This document shows positions 1 to 12,384 of a stretch of 64,000 nucleotides of DNA, piece after piece. The stretch covers positions 14,844,682-14,908,681 of the forward strand of contig CM119264.1 in the NCBI GenBank assembly GCA_051294375.1, in the 5' to 3' direction. Under the pieces are notes generated by a model. The model made no database searches. It worked only from the letters and a program-made list of their open reading frames with translations, and had not been told where the DNA came from. This DNA comes from Paraspadella gotoi. Taxonomy: Eukaryota; Animalia; Chaetognatha. Numbering within the stretch: position 1 is the stretch's first letter; every line of letters starts with the position of its first letter. The position numbers and the translations under genes are program-made.

Positions 1-2746
1 TCCGGTCGGAAGGAAAACCGAATTGCCGTACAGAAATTAGGTAATAAATCAAACAAAAACAATCACTAAATCACCGGTCCTGTAGCTGGTGCAGTGATCA
101 ATAGGGTCGCATCGCGGATTGTAGGTCTTGTCGGGTGCGAAGCTTCCAGGAGGTGGAACTTTTCCGTGGTTAATGTAGTCAGTGTTCACGGTTGTGATGC
201 CGTCGAAGGGAGCGTCCGATCTGGAAATCAATCAATCAATCAATCAATCAAACTAATAAAATCCATCAGTCAGGTAATCATCAATCAGTAATCAAACAAT
301 AAACGGCTAAATTTTACTTTCGTCGATCGCGGTTTTGGCGTCTTTTAAAAAACCACTTAAAAATACTTATTTTAAAAAAACAATTTTTTTAAAATATTAC
401 CTAATTACCCTAGCCCTAAATCATTTTAACCCTAACCACCCCTAACCGTAAACCACCCCTAAACCACCCTTACGAAAGTAAAAGTAATTTCTTAATTGTT
501 TCTTAATTGTTTCCGTCATCGGTCGATGACCCACTGAAATACAAATAACGGCGTCCAGTTTATTCGCCACCTGAACGGCTTCGGCGGAGGATGTTGCAAC
601 TTGTCAGGAATGTCCCACTTGCGGTATTCGCCTCTGTACGACGTATTGGGGTTGAATGGGCCAGTGTCCGTCTTTCTCTGTTTCGGCCTGATGGCCTTCG
701 CCGGAGCCGCGTCGTGCGGAACGTAGTTGGTTCCGTAGGTCGTATCGCTCGCCATGTCCCCGCCCGGCAGAGGCTTGTAGTAGGGGCCGCATGCCTTGGG
801 AGGTCGTTGATCCCAGAGAACGTAGTCCTGTTTCGAAACAATGTAGATTTTGTAGAGTATGTCAATAAAAGAGAGAGAGGGAGAGAGAGAGAGAGACCTT
901 TCTATTAGTAGTGGTATCCGAAATAGGATGGTCTAGTAGAGAGAGGAAGAGAGCAGACGGAGAGAAGAGAGAGAGAGATGAGGAGAGAGAGAGAGAGAGA
1001 GAGAGACCTTTCTATTAGTAGTGGTATCCGAAATAGGCTGGGTCTTATCGATCGGTTTGTAAGGCGGACGCAAAGGCAACGGAGGGACTCCGGGACGATG
1101 AATGTAATCGTTCCTAAGCAACGAAAAAAAGAAAACAAACAAATGTAAATTTAGTCGAAATTCGCCAGGCAATAATTTCACACGAAATGAAACCGTAAAA
1201 TGGTCGCCGCACAAAACAGTCAACACGAACCTGTAATTGGTGAGTCCGTCGAAAGGCGAATCGTTGGGACAATATTGATTTCGGTCGGGCAAGTCCATTT
1301 TCTGGTGAGGATGTTTGATGTAGTCCGTCTGTCGAGCAAAAAAAAAAAAGAAACTCGTTTTCCTCGTTCCTTGACAACAATTGCTTTTGCTCTTGCCAAC
1401 TTTTCTCGAGTATAAACTGCCTCACCCTGTAACTCGTATCGTCTCTCATAGGATCGTCGGACTTCATGTTGTTTTCCTTTGGCTTCATGGATTCGGCCGG
1501 CGGCGCCTTCTTGCCAGTGTAGTCGACGTTGACGGTGGTGATGCCCTCGAACGGCGCGTCGGAGCGGAAAGGCTTCGGAGGCGGATGCTTGAGCGGCTCC
1601 GGCAAATCCCACTTGCGGTACTCGGCTGTGAGGGGCGGAGGAAGAGGAGGGGAGAGGATAAACGGAGAATTTTAAGACAATTAAGACATTTTTGAGACAT
1701 TAATGAACCACAAAACAAAAAAACTCGGTAAAGTTACAGACATTAATGAACTAAAAAACAAAAAAAACTCTGTAAAGTTAGAGACAATAATGAACTAAAA
1801 AACAAAAAAAACTCAAACCGTACCTCTGTACGTTGGCTGCCCCTTAAACTCCCCCGACGATTTTTTGTTTTGCTTGGGCTTAAAAGGCTGCGGGGGCGGG
1901 ACCATCCTGCCCGGGTAGTCCTTGCGGTACGTGGTGTCCGACTCGAGTTCGCCGTGCGGCATCGGTCGCGGGGGCGGCTTGCAGTTGGCCGGCGGCGGTT
2001 GGTTGTGCGGCACGTAATCAACGCGGTTGGTCGTTTTATTGCTGAGGGGGTCGTCGGACCCTGGGAAAGAAGGATGGTTGGGGGTGACGCAGGAGAAGTG
2101 GAAAGAGCGGGGGCGAGGAAAGCAAGACGCATTAAAAAATAATCGTTATTGATTTTTTCGTGAGACAGTCGCCGAGGGCTAACTTTGTTTCTTTTTCTGG
2201 GGAAAAAAAAAATCGTAATACGTTTATCTGTTTTTCCTTCTTTCTTTACTTCATTTTTCAAATGAAATTCCTTCCTTAGTATGATACATTACACTTGTTT
2301 CTTGTGCCGCCTGTACCTGGATGATTACTATTCAATGACAGCTGAAAGTCGATATTTCTAAATGAAAAGAAAATGAAATTATAATATTACCATGTTCAAT
2401 TCTAAATCACGACTGATCCTCCACAGACTACCTTCAAAAAAGAAAACTCCCACCAAATAACATCAACGCTTTCACTTACCCATCTTGTTCTGCCTGGGCC
2501 TAATGGCATCCACCGGTTTAGCGGGTCTGTGCAGGTATTCATCCCTGTACTCGCTGAGCATGCAAGGGCCGGCAATAGACTTGGTCAGCACATTGCTGTG
2601 CAACGGGCAATGATGGCGCCCGCAGTTGCAAATCTGCCGGAAGCAATCGGTCGCGCCACTGGTTATCGGATTCGTAAGAAATAGGAGAGAATAAAGATAG
2701 AACTCACCTGGCATACGCAGCCCTTACTCGGAGGAATGCCCACCAT
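1..2746 (-). CDS. SAXO/FAM154 family stabilizer of axonemal microtubules (Mn-repeat microtubule inner protein), 3' end outside window
   Basis: Hand-spliced GT-AG exons 2746-2708, 2633-2480, 2060-1824, 1625-1426, 1328-1231, 1113-1008, 827-571, 220-75 with consistent phases. N-terminus MVGIPPSKGCVCQICNCGRHHCP resembles the FAM154/SAXO 'CICELCSCGRHHCP' motif, followed by recurring (T/S)TYRxDY...P Mn-type repeats such as PFEGITTVNVDY and PFDGITTVNTDY. Confidence 0.85.
311..485. mobile_element. MITE-like element with TTTTACTTTCG...CGAAAGTAAAA termini and degenerate CCCTAA internal repeats
   Basis: Terminal inverted repeats ttttactttcg / cgaaagtaaaa; related copies at 34760-35015 and 45325-45515 (inverted), possible fragment near 57743-57830. 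Confidence 0.65.
1694..1814. repeat. Intronic minisatellite, ~44 bp unit, about 2.7 copies
   Basis: gacattaatgaac..aaaacaaaaaaactc.gtaaagtta repeated in tandem. Confidence 0.8.
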
Positions 2747-3519
2747 CTTGACTTGAAAAAACTAGGAAAACAATAGTTTAAAAAAATAATTGTGGTTCTT
2801 TTATCAAGGTATTCACGCCGCAGGGAGGAATCATGGGCGTCGGGAATAAGCGGTACAGTTCGAGCTTGATGGAGGATGTCGATTGATACTTTTACATTCG
2901 CGGTTAATTCCGAAGTTACTTTTCCGCTTCGTTACATCGCCGGATCGCGCTACGTCCCTGAGCTAAGGACCGGCGCTAGCGGGCGTTGTTATCCGACGAC
3001 GGTTTCTCACACAGTCGTGACATCGCCTCACAGCTTGAGAGACGAAAGTGGCTGGTAGTATGTGGAAAACAAGACAAGAAAGGTTGATCGTCATTCAACC
3101 CTTGGAGACATTACAAGTAACGATAGAAACGGTAGGAAAATCATCACGTACGGACATACAACAAAATTTACTCTTTTTAGGTTAAAACCGTTTCTTACCG
3201 CGAGGAACATGCAATTAGATCTTATTTATTCAGGGACGATGTTAAAAAATTAAAACCAAATGTGAAGCGATTCTCATTTACGAGAAAATCTCCAGCAAAA
3301 GAAAAACTGAGATCGTCTGAAACAACAAAAGTTGTAACCATGACGAGCGAGTTTTTTTTTTCTTCTTTTTTTTTTTCAAGAAAGAGCTCGGACTCAGGAT
3401 TCAGAACTTTAAACCGCGGGCATGCAACTGCATGGGAGAGACAACGAGAGAGAGAGATTATTTTGTGTTTCTTGACGAGTTCCTATTTTATTAATTTAGT
3501 AAGTCGACCTAATCGCTCT

Positions 3520-3533
3520 GTTTCCATGGCAAC
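3520..3533. promoter_or_regulatory. RFX-binding X-box
   Basis: GTTTCCATGGCAAC matches the X-box consensus GTTNCC-AT-GGNAAC, ~770 bp upstream of the start codon of a ciliary (SAXO) gene. Confidence 0.6.
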
Positions 3534-4771
3534 AAAACAACTTGTTTCCTCTCAATTCTCGCCTTACTTCGATTCCAGCTCCTCTTCTCTTTCTTTTTTT
3601 TTCTTTTTAACTAATTCTCCTGCTTGCCTGGAAATATTCGCTATAAGGGTCTTATTGCAAATAATGAAAGTTTTTCAATCAACTTAGTGGATGGCTTTGT
3701 GCACTGTATGTGAACAGAGGATTCTCGAATGTTTTAAATCTATTACAATTGTATTTAGTTTGTTGTATTCACGAGAAAATGACTAACAGCGTTAGTAACG
3801 CTTATCAATTTTAGTATTTTTAATTTCTCGTTCCCTAAAATGCTGTTGAACGTTAAATTTTATTATCACTTTAGAGCTGAGCAATTTTCTAGCAATTCTA
3901 GCAAGTACGATTTACGGAATCCATTCATTCGTCGGGTCGCGTTCTATTCTATTATTCGGTCAATCAATTTTCTCTCAATTTTACGTTTCTTGGGCCAAGA
4001 TAATCCCATTTAAATAAAGATGATGTGTACGTAAATCGTACCATGTATAAAACTTACCTTATGTTTATGACGTCGTGATTATTTAATTTTAAGGAAAGGA
4101 GATAGAGGAAGAAATGGTGTAAGACACAGAGAGAAAAGACTTTAAAAAAAAAAATAGAAAAAACATAAAACGCGTCTGCCAAAAATAACATCCAACTGAT
4201 AACAAGAAAAGGTGATGGAAATGAAACGAAGCCAGTTTGATACTTCGGCGCCACAAGAGATATCTTGTTAACTCTACTGGAAAAAAAAAGGCTCTGGAAT
4301 TTCTGAGTCGCTAAATGTAACTCTCGTCCACCGTTAAAAAAGCTCTTTTAGTTTGGAAGGCGAAGAAAAACATTTTCGGATGGTTACGGTAAAGTATACT
4401 AGGTTAACAGACTTCAAGATGAAATACTAATTTTAATCTAATGTTTATACAATTATTGAAGAAGGGCCGTTTATGATATAATGCTAAAATCATATATCTA
4501 AAACTATAAACGTTTTTTTATTTCAAAAATTAAAAACTCTGCTCGCTTCGTCTCTGGCGGTCATAAAACAGATCCTCTTGTAAAAAGAACAATATTGAAA
4601 TGTGGAGAAGAAAAAAAATGAGAAGCAGAAGTGATCATAAAACGTTAAAACAACAACAACAACAACTCCGACTCAAAAACAACAACATCTCAGGCGTCAT
4701 GTACAGCAGCTATGAAAACATGAAGTTAAGGGAAGGGGGCAAAATTAGAAAGAAAGAAAAAAAGAGAAGGG

Positions 4772-4776
<5 letters not shown>

Positions 4777-4853
<77 letters not shown>

Positions 4854-4864
4854 AAAGAGAGAGA
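4777..4864. repeat. (GA)n microsatellite; one of many (also ~7126-7218, 9038-9090, 10085-10186, 10368-10450 and duplicates)
   Basis: Direct observation of the dinucleotide runs. Confidence 0.95.
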
Positions 4865-7124
4865 CTGAGTGATGCGAAGGAAGGAAGGAAGGAAGGAGGA
4901 GAGGGTGGGGTACAGAAAATGAGGACTTAAGCATACACGGTTCTCAATTCGAAATTTGCCCCACATGAAATCGATTTAACGTTAGGCCTGTACTGTTTCA
5001 CAAAACTATTTTATTTCTTACATTGAAAGAAACTTGTTACGATTTCTTTTTAAATTAAAAGAGGCACAAGTGAAAAACCATGTCGAAGGAGGGGAGAAGA
5101 CTGGGAGAAGACTGGGGAATCTCTCTAAAGGCCAACGAGATGAAGAGAGTCTAAGAGGCGGATCGGAGTCGTGATAGGCTTTTCGATATGATAACACATA
5201 TCTAAGATCGATAACCAAAAAAAATAAAGGAAAGAAGTTAGTTTATTTTTTTCTGCTCCGTGAAATCGTCAGCTGCGACTCTCGGACCTATCTATTTTTC
5301 TTTGACCGAATTGCACGAAAAATCGTTATGATGATTGTGCGTTTTTTTGTTGTTTTTTTGTTTTGTTTATTTACTTATCTTTTTATTTAAAAAAAAATTT
5401 CACACCGACCCACAAGGTTTACACTTAACTATATTTCGAACTTTTTTGTTTTTGGTGAGTAGTAGTTAATAAAATTATGGACAAAATCAGAATGAGAAAT
5501 TTGAAGTCGGCATAAATATTTTAAAATTAAACTAACATTTTTAGTAAATATAGTTTCTTACGTAAGTTTAAACAATTTTTTGTCTTCCAAATCCAAAAGA
5601 AAATCCACCGTCTAATTTGTCGTCGTCGACGTCGACTTCCTCGTTGTATTCATTGTCGTCGTTGACTTCGTTATCATCGTCGTCTGGGCGCCGACGCCGA
5701 AACCAAGGTCGCGCGATTTCTCCTCTCAAATTTCCCTCGTCGAACGTCAATCGAAAAGGGGATTTCTTTTGTCGTCTTTGTTGTTGTTGTTGTGGTCTTC
5801 TCCGCTCTGGTCGTCGTCCTTCTATTTTTAGAAACGCCAACATCGCTGTTATCTCCCTCGCTTTCATATTCGATTATTAATGTTGACGATGTTTTCGATG
5901 TTGTTTCGATGCTGATGTGGTTTTCAGCAATTCCCAGCTCAAAGTCGTCGGAAATATTAGCTGTCTGCATTACTTGAGTCACACAACGCATTTTCGTTCT
6001 TCATAAACTTTACCAGTGTCACATTCTTATTAAACATTTTATTTATCAGCATCCAACGCCAATTTTTTACATCATAAATATTTTAAATAAGATGTCTATT
6101 TCAGGATTGGTTTATTTTTATTTACGTATTATGATTATGATTTCACACAAGTCGGTGGTACTTCTTAACTATTTTTTCATCGTCGTTGTTGTAGCGTTAG
6201 TCGTCGTCATCGTAACTTTAGTCGTGGTCATTCCCTTCGTCGTCGTCGTCGTCGTCGTCGGCACCTTTCATCTTTTGAACGGAATGAGGGAAATGTTTTT
6301 TTCTCGAATCCTGGTCTTCTGCGATCGACCGAGATGCAGTCAATTTTATACGAGCAAAGACTCGAGATATATTTTGTTACATTCTGCGGTCGTTATTTCA
6401 GACCACCGATTTCGGTGATCTTCATTCAAATGAGACTTGGATCGAAAACTCATTTAACAATGAAAACTCCCAGCGTCTCTTTCTCGGTAATTTCCTCTCT
6501 CCGTTTAAACAAATGAAAAAAAAAAAACAAAACTAGGAATGATTAACCGCGAGTAACACTTTTTATTGGTGAGAAAATTAGACCCGAATTGACTGAATTT
6601 TCTCTCCCATTAGTTCAAATTAATATTCGTTAATAGTTTTAACGAGACGCGATGACGTCGACCATCGAGACGATGACGTCATCGCGGACCACAACGACGA
6701 ATTTAACGCCGCCGAAAAAAGGCTTAAATTAACATTTCGCCGAATTCTATAACGTTATTTTGTAACTAGTGAATTTTCTACGCGAAAGTCAATCGACACC
6801 CTTCACATTTTTTTGTGGGATCATTAGCAAACCGTTTATCAAACCTGTCTACTTGTCCGAACAGTCATCGGTCATTCACGAATCTATTCGTACATCGATT
6901 GCCGCATCGGTCGTCCATCGATCCAGACATCGATCCGACCCGATGAAACGATCCATACATTTACAAATTTTTTGCAACGATCCGATCAGCCGGTTCGCGG
7001 TCCGACCAATAAGCGGACCTGCAAATAACCGGCCGATCGAGAGACTGGAAGGAACCTCCCCGACCGATCCCTAACATTTACTCAGAATTACAACGTCTTG
7101 ACTTTCAACTTAAATCCTTGGGTG

Positions 7125-7221
<97 letters not shown>

Positions 7222-8574
7222 CCTCTTCTTCATTCTTTCCTCCTCTCCTCTTCGTAGTTCACTTCTCTCTTTGCTCTCCTCTTCTATAAATCGCCTTCCA
7301 CGTTTATTCAAAGATTCTCTCTTACAAGTACTTCCTCTCGTCAATGAAAAAAAGTAACCGACATCGGCTCCTAAATCGATCAAGTTTGCCCGAAATTTCT
7401 CATGAATTACTGTCGGTTCAGTTTGCGAAATTTCCTGACACAACATCGAACACGTTGCTTTATTCACGGCAAAAATATTCTCGGGTTTAGTGATATGATT
7501 CACGTTTGTTTTGGTGATACTCTTTTTACGCATGGACAAAATGCAAAAAAAAATGCAACGACAAAAAAAAAACCAAAAATCGATAATTTTATTATTTGGG
7601 TAATAATTCAGGAATGGGACGGGATTTCATCGGTTTTTCCGAGCGAGTTTATGGGTTTCCACGGGAAATTTATTTGCGTGCTTGTGAAACTCTGCAAACC
7701 ATGTTTTACTCTTCGCTGCAAAAAAAACAAAAAAAAAAACAAAAAAAAAAAAAAAACCGAAACGGCTTAATTTCGATATCTCACTTGGGTTAAATGAAAC
7801 ACAAATTTAAAAAAAACAACTTTAAAATATGAAACAAAATTCTCGCGGTGAAAACGAGTGATTAACTTATGACTCAAACGAATAAAAACTTTTTTCAATT
7901 TGGTTCTCATGCCCTGCCTTTTTCGAAGAAGGTTTCGAACCGAAGCTATAATTATTTATTTTTTTTATTGAGGAACCAGTTCGTGTCTTGTCTTCTTCAC
8001 GTTTTTATTCATAAAGATCATCAACGAATTTACCATAAATTTTCGGATAATTAGTTCGTAAAATACGTTTTTTAATGTAAGAGTTTCACCTGAAATATGA
8101 ACTTTTGTTCTAAATACCAATTGACAGGTTTGTTTAGTAGTATTAGTAGTATTTTTTCATAATTTTTAAAAAGAGAAGAAATTTTTTTTAGATTATTCTT
8201 TTACTATTGCAAAATAAGTAATACACAGGGTCTCTATTCTTCTTACTATTGATATTTTCAAATATACTTTAAGAAAAATCCGGTCGCGTTTCTTTCCTGA
8301 GAATTAATTACTTCCCTGGGTTTAAGTATTCAAACCCTCTCTTAATCCACGGCTCAAAGCGATAAATAAACGACGACTGGGGATGAATGACGAAAGCCCA
8401 AAATAAAGGAAACGCTATTCTTTTGGCGGAAGATACCGGCAAGTCTCCACTCTCCGGGCTTTCGTCGTTATCCTTTTAAGTTGCCATTGGCGACGAGAAC
8501 GCGATCGCCGACGGCGGCGGATTCGAAGGGTAGGAAGGTGAAGAAGCCCTGGGGAAATAGAGAGATAAATAAAA

Positions 8575-8580
8575 AGGAAA

Positions 8581-8613
<33 letters not shown>

Positions 8614-8779
8614 AGAAAGAAAGAAAGAAGAGAAAAAACAAAGAAAGAGAGAAGAAAGAAAGAAGAAAGAAGAAAGAAAGAAAGAAAGAAAGAAGAAAGA
8701 AAGAAAGAAAGAAAGAAGAAAAAACAAGAAGAGAGAATGAATGAAAAGAAAAGAAAGAAAGAAAGAAAGAAAGAAAAAG

Positions 8780-8810
<31 letters not shown>

Positions 8811-8812
8811 AA
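8575..8812. repeat. (GAAA)n compound microsatellite (purer version at ~18026-18172)
   Basis: Direct observation. Confidence 0.9.
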
Positions 8813-9035
8813 AATAAAAATAGTAAAAAATAAAAAGAGAAAGAGAAAAGTAAATATAAATAAGGTAAAAAAAAGAAAAGCTAGAAAGAGAGCGAGAATG
8901 AAAAAAAAAAAGAAAGTGAGACGAACAGGCCGAATAAAAAAAGGATTTCGACTCCATTTCCGCCGGACGAAGGAAAGAATCGAACTTTGAAAAAAAAAGA
9001 CGCAATCGACACAAAAGGGATAGAATCTCCAGGAA

Positions 9036-9091
<56 letters not shown>

Positions 9092-10091
9092 AATCACACC
9101 CGTCAGAAAAAAAGTCGGGAGACCGTGACGATCCTGAGCGTCATCGTCAAAAATCGTCGTTCTTCGTCATGTCACGCCATTGTCATCGCAGGGACGAAGA
9201 AAATTCCTTCCATTTATCAAACGCTAACGGCTAAGCGTCGCTCTCATATTTTCCATCATCTTCATCGCCTCTCTGATTAATTCGATGGAGTGAATTTGCA
9301 TAATTGTCACTTTGCGATTAGATTTTAAACTTATGGTCATGTATCGATTCCTTTTTAAACCGCGAGGCTTTCTGAATTATTTATGACTATGATAAAACCT
9401 CATCATAAATTCTAGAATTATCAGTCGTTCGAGCTGGAAATGTTAATTATGAACTATGAAGCATCATGAATTTTACTTTCATTGAAGCTTTTGTCGTTTT
9501 CCCTTGAATTAAAATTCTTATGTAATGACCCATGGCGACGGGAGATCCAATTAAGCTATAAACGGTTTCTTTTCGCGCTTTTTTTCCTTCCAATTTTCAA
9601 AACACCGATTACCTGATCCGATGGAATTCGCCCTGGGATTAATTCGGGACCATCTTACCTTTGGCTTGGGGACGAAAGAAATCTCGGAGTTTAATCTTCT
9701 TCCATTATGATTATCGCTTTAAATTGTTTGCGGTTCCGATATAAAACGATAACCGGAAAATCGAAATGGCAAATGCTTTTTTTTTATTTTTTTTTTTTTA
9801 ATTTCACAACAGAAATCGATTTCCGCAATTTAATCCACCCGCATTTTTTCCCCCTTTGCTAAATCAACTTTTCTATTGTTTCCTCAGACTTATCGTATCT
9901 ATTTCAGTTTTTCTCTCGTGAGGGCGTGACGTCAGCGCGGAAATGTTTGGCCCAGATGGCGTCTCTCCCTCTCTCTTCGCGTCCGACGCGTCGCCACCAG
10001 TTATTCGACTTGCATGAGGATTCCTCGCCAAACGGCATTTTGTCTCAATTTTCGGGTTTAAATCGAAAGTATCATCCGTGGCGGGAGAGAG

Positions 10092-10185
<94 letters not shown>

Positions 10186-10363
10186 ATACTATTACGCAGG
10201 ATTTGAAAACTAAACACGACAGATTATCAATGACGATCGTGGCGATCATTGAAGGCAAACAAGGAAAGCAACTCGCCGAACGGAAATGCTCAGAGTCCAG
10301 ACGACGAGTACATGATCACCGCCGACGACTTTCGCGGCTCAGTTCATGAGAATGCATAATCCG

Positions 10364-10452
<89 letters not shown>

Positions 10453-12384
10453 TTTGTGTCTCCACATTTCGATTCCGATCGCCCCGACGTCTCGTTTTTC
10501 TTTTTTGTCGTCGTGATTCACATTGAGGTTCCAAACCAAAGTGTGGCCAAACTGATTTTTTTTTTCTCTTTCTCTTTTTCTTTGCGTCAGAAACAAAAAA
10601 CCCGGTCGGTTTAAACTTTACCCTCTTTTCTTCGTCTCTCAACAAAAACGGCTCTGTCAGAAAAAACAGGATCAACAATCGACTTCCTTTTTCAGTTTTG
10701 GTTTTTCTTTTTTTCATAAACTCGTTTTCTTCTTTATTCACAAGACAACTCGAACAATTTTTTTATCAAATCTTTTTTTTTTTTTTAGATTTTCGAGCGA
10801 AGAAGTTTTTCTTCTCTTCTTTTTTTTTTCTTTCTTTCTCTCTTTTGATTTTTTTTTCCCTTACGTTTGAACAAGGGGAAAAAAACCAAAACTAAGAATC
10901 GTGGCTTCGACGAATGAAACAAAAAAGCACTTTTTATACTATTCTAATACGCTTCCCTGCTCTTCAATCTGAGCATGGCAATTCGAAAATCTGATCGGCT
11001 CGAACGGGACTCTCACGCTGATGATCGTTAATTATAAGTAAAAAACTTTTTTCACACAGAAAAATAAAGTTTTCACAGTTGGAATCTTCTTTGAATATTT
11101 TTTTTTTATTTCCTCATCGACGCCAAGAAAAAATAACTAAATTTTTTTTTCAAAAATCAAGTCTCGCAGTTTATTATTTTTTTTCTCCCTGCATCGCTTT
11201 AAGTTTCGAATGAAATTCACAAACTCCGTGAGACTCACACGAGGTCAGAAAACATAAACCCATTCTGATCGGGCAATCGAGAGTCTTTGAAAGTCTCGAC
11301 GGGAAGGACGGACTTACGGACGTCATCGGAGGATCGGGCGGATGCGAGTTTCGGGAAGAAGACCACACGCACCATCGACGATTATCAACCTTAAATTCTT
11401 TATCGCAGATTTTTTTTTTTTTTAATCGTTGTTTCCGAATCCTGCGGAAAAACTAAGAGTATTTTATGTTCTGGGGGAAAAAAAAAAACAGCTACGAACC
11501 AAAGAGCATATCAGTTTCTGCCTCTCAATCTCACTCTCTCGATTTTTTTTTTAAATTTCGCATCTCCAAAACAAAATACCCGATGACGCTGACGGAAAAA
11601 ATTGCCTCGTTTTTCGCCACCAAACGTTTTTGGTACATTTATCACGCGCGTTCCCGTGAGACGAAGATAATGCACTTTTTTTTTATTGGTTTACTGCTCT
11701 CGCTCTCTTTCTCTCTCTCTCTCTCTCCCCTTTCCGAACACCCCCCCTCACCCCGCACAAACGACATTCACTTTTTTCTTTTCTCACACAGCAACTCCGG
11801 ACTCTGGCGATTCACATCTGTTCGGAGAAACTCGGTTTTTTTGGCGGCGAAGGAAATGATTAAAAATCTGATGAAGGTCTTGAGAAAAGAGATCCAAGCC
11901 CGCGCCTCTTTTTAAAGTCTTTTTTAAAACTTTTCTCGTTTTTCAAAATCTGAAAAAGACCGAAGGAACGAACGAATCGGAAAAAATAAAGCCCAAGAGT
12001 GTTCGTCACGAGTACGAATTTGTTGTTAATATCAAAATCTGTCTCTCTCTCCCTATCAGACTCAAATTTTTAATTTGACAAATGGAGAGTTCGTCGATCG
12101 GCGAGTCGCGAAACGAATCGATTCGTCGACGACCGAAAATGATCAGCTAATACAAACATTAACATTCATAAAAATTCAAACAAATAGAGAAACATTATCG
12201 CGTCTCATTCCAAAACGACATTCTAAAAAAATAAAGTCTTATCGAATCTCACAACCCCCTGATTTCGAAACCGTCGACGTTCCGACAATTGATTCCAAAT
12301 AATTTGTCGGTTTCGGCAAATCTCTCGTCCAGCTTTTCCCTTTCATTTTGACATTCTCTCTCTCTCATCGCTCGTCTGCCGAAA

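Noticed and set aside
5568-5991. Overlapping minus-strand ORFs of ~100 aa (acidic and Thr-rich)
   Set aside because: Low-complexity GAC/AAC repeats, no recognisable domain and no consistent splice model.
4600-11000. Many ORFs rich in ER/SL/FLS/KKER repeats
   Set aside because: They are translations of (GA)n and (GAAA)n microsatellites, not genes.
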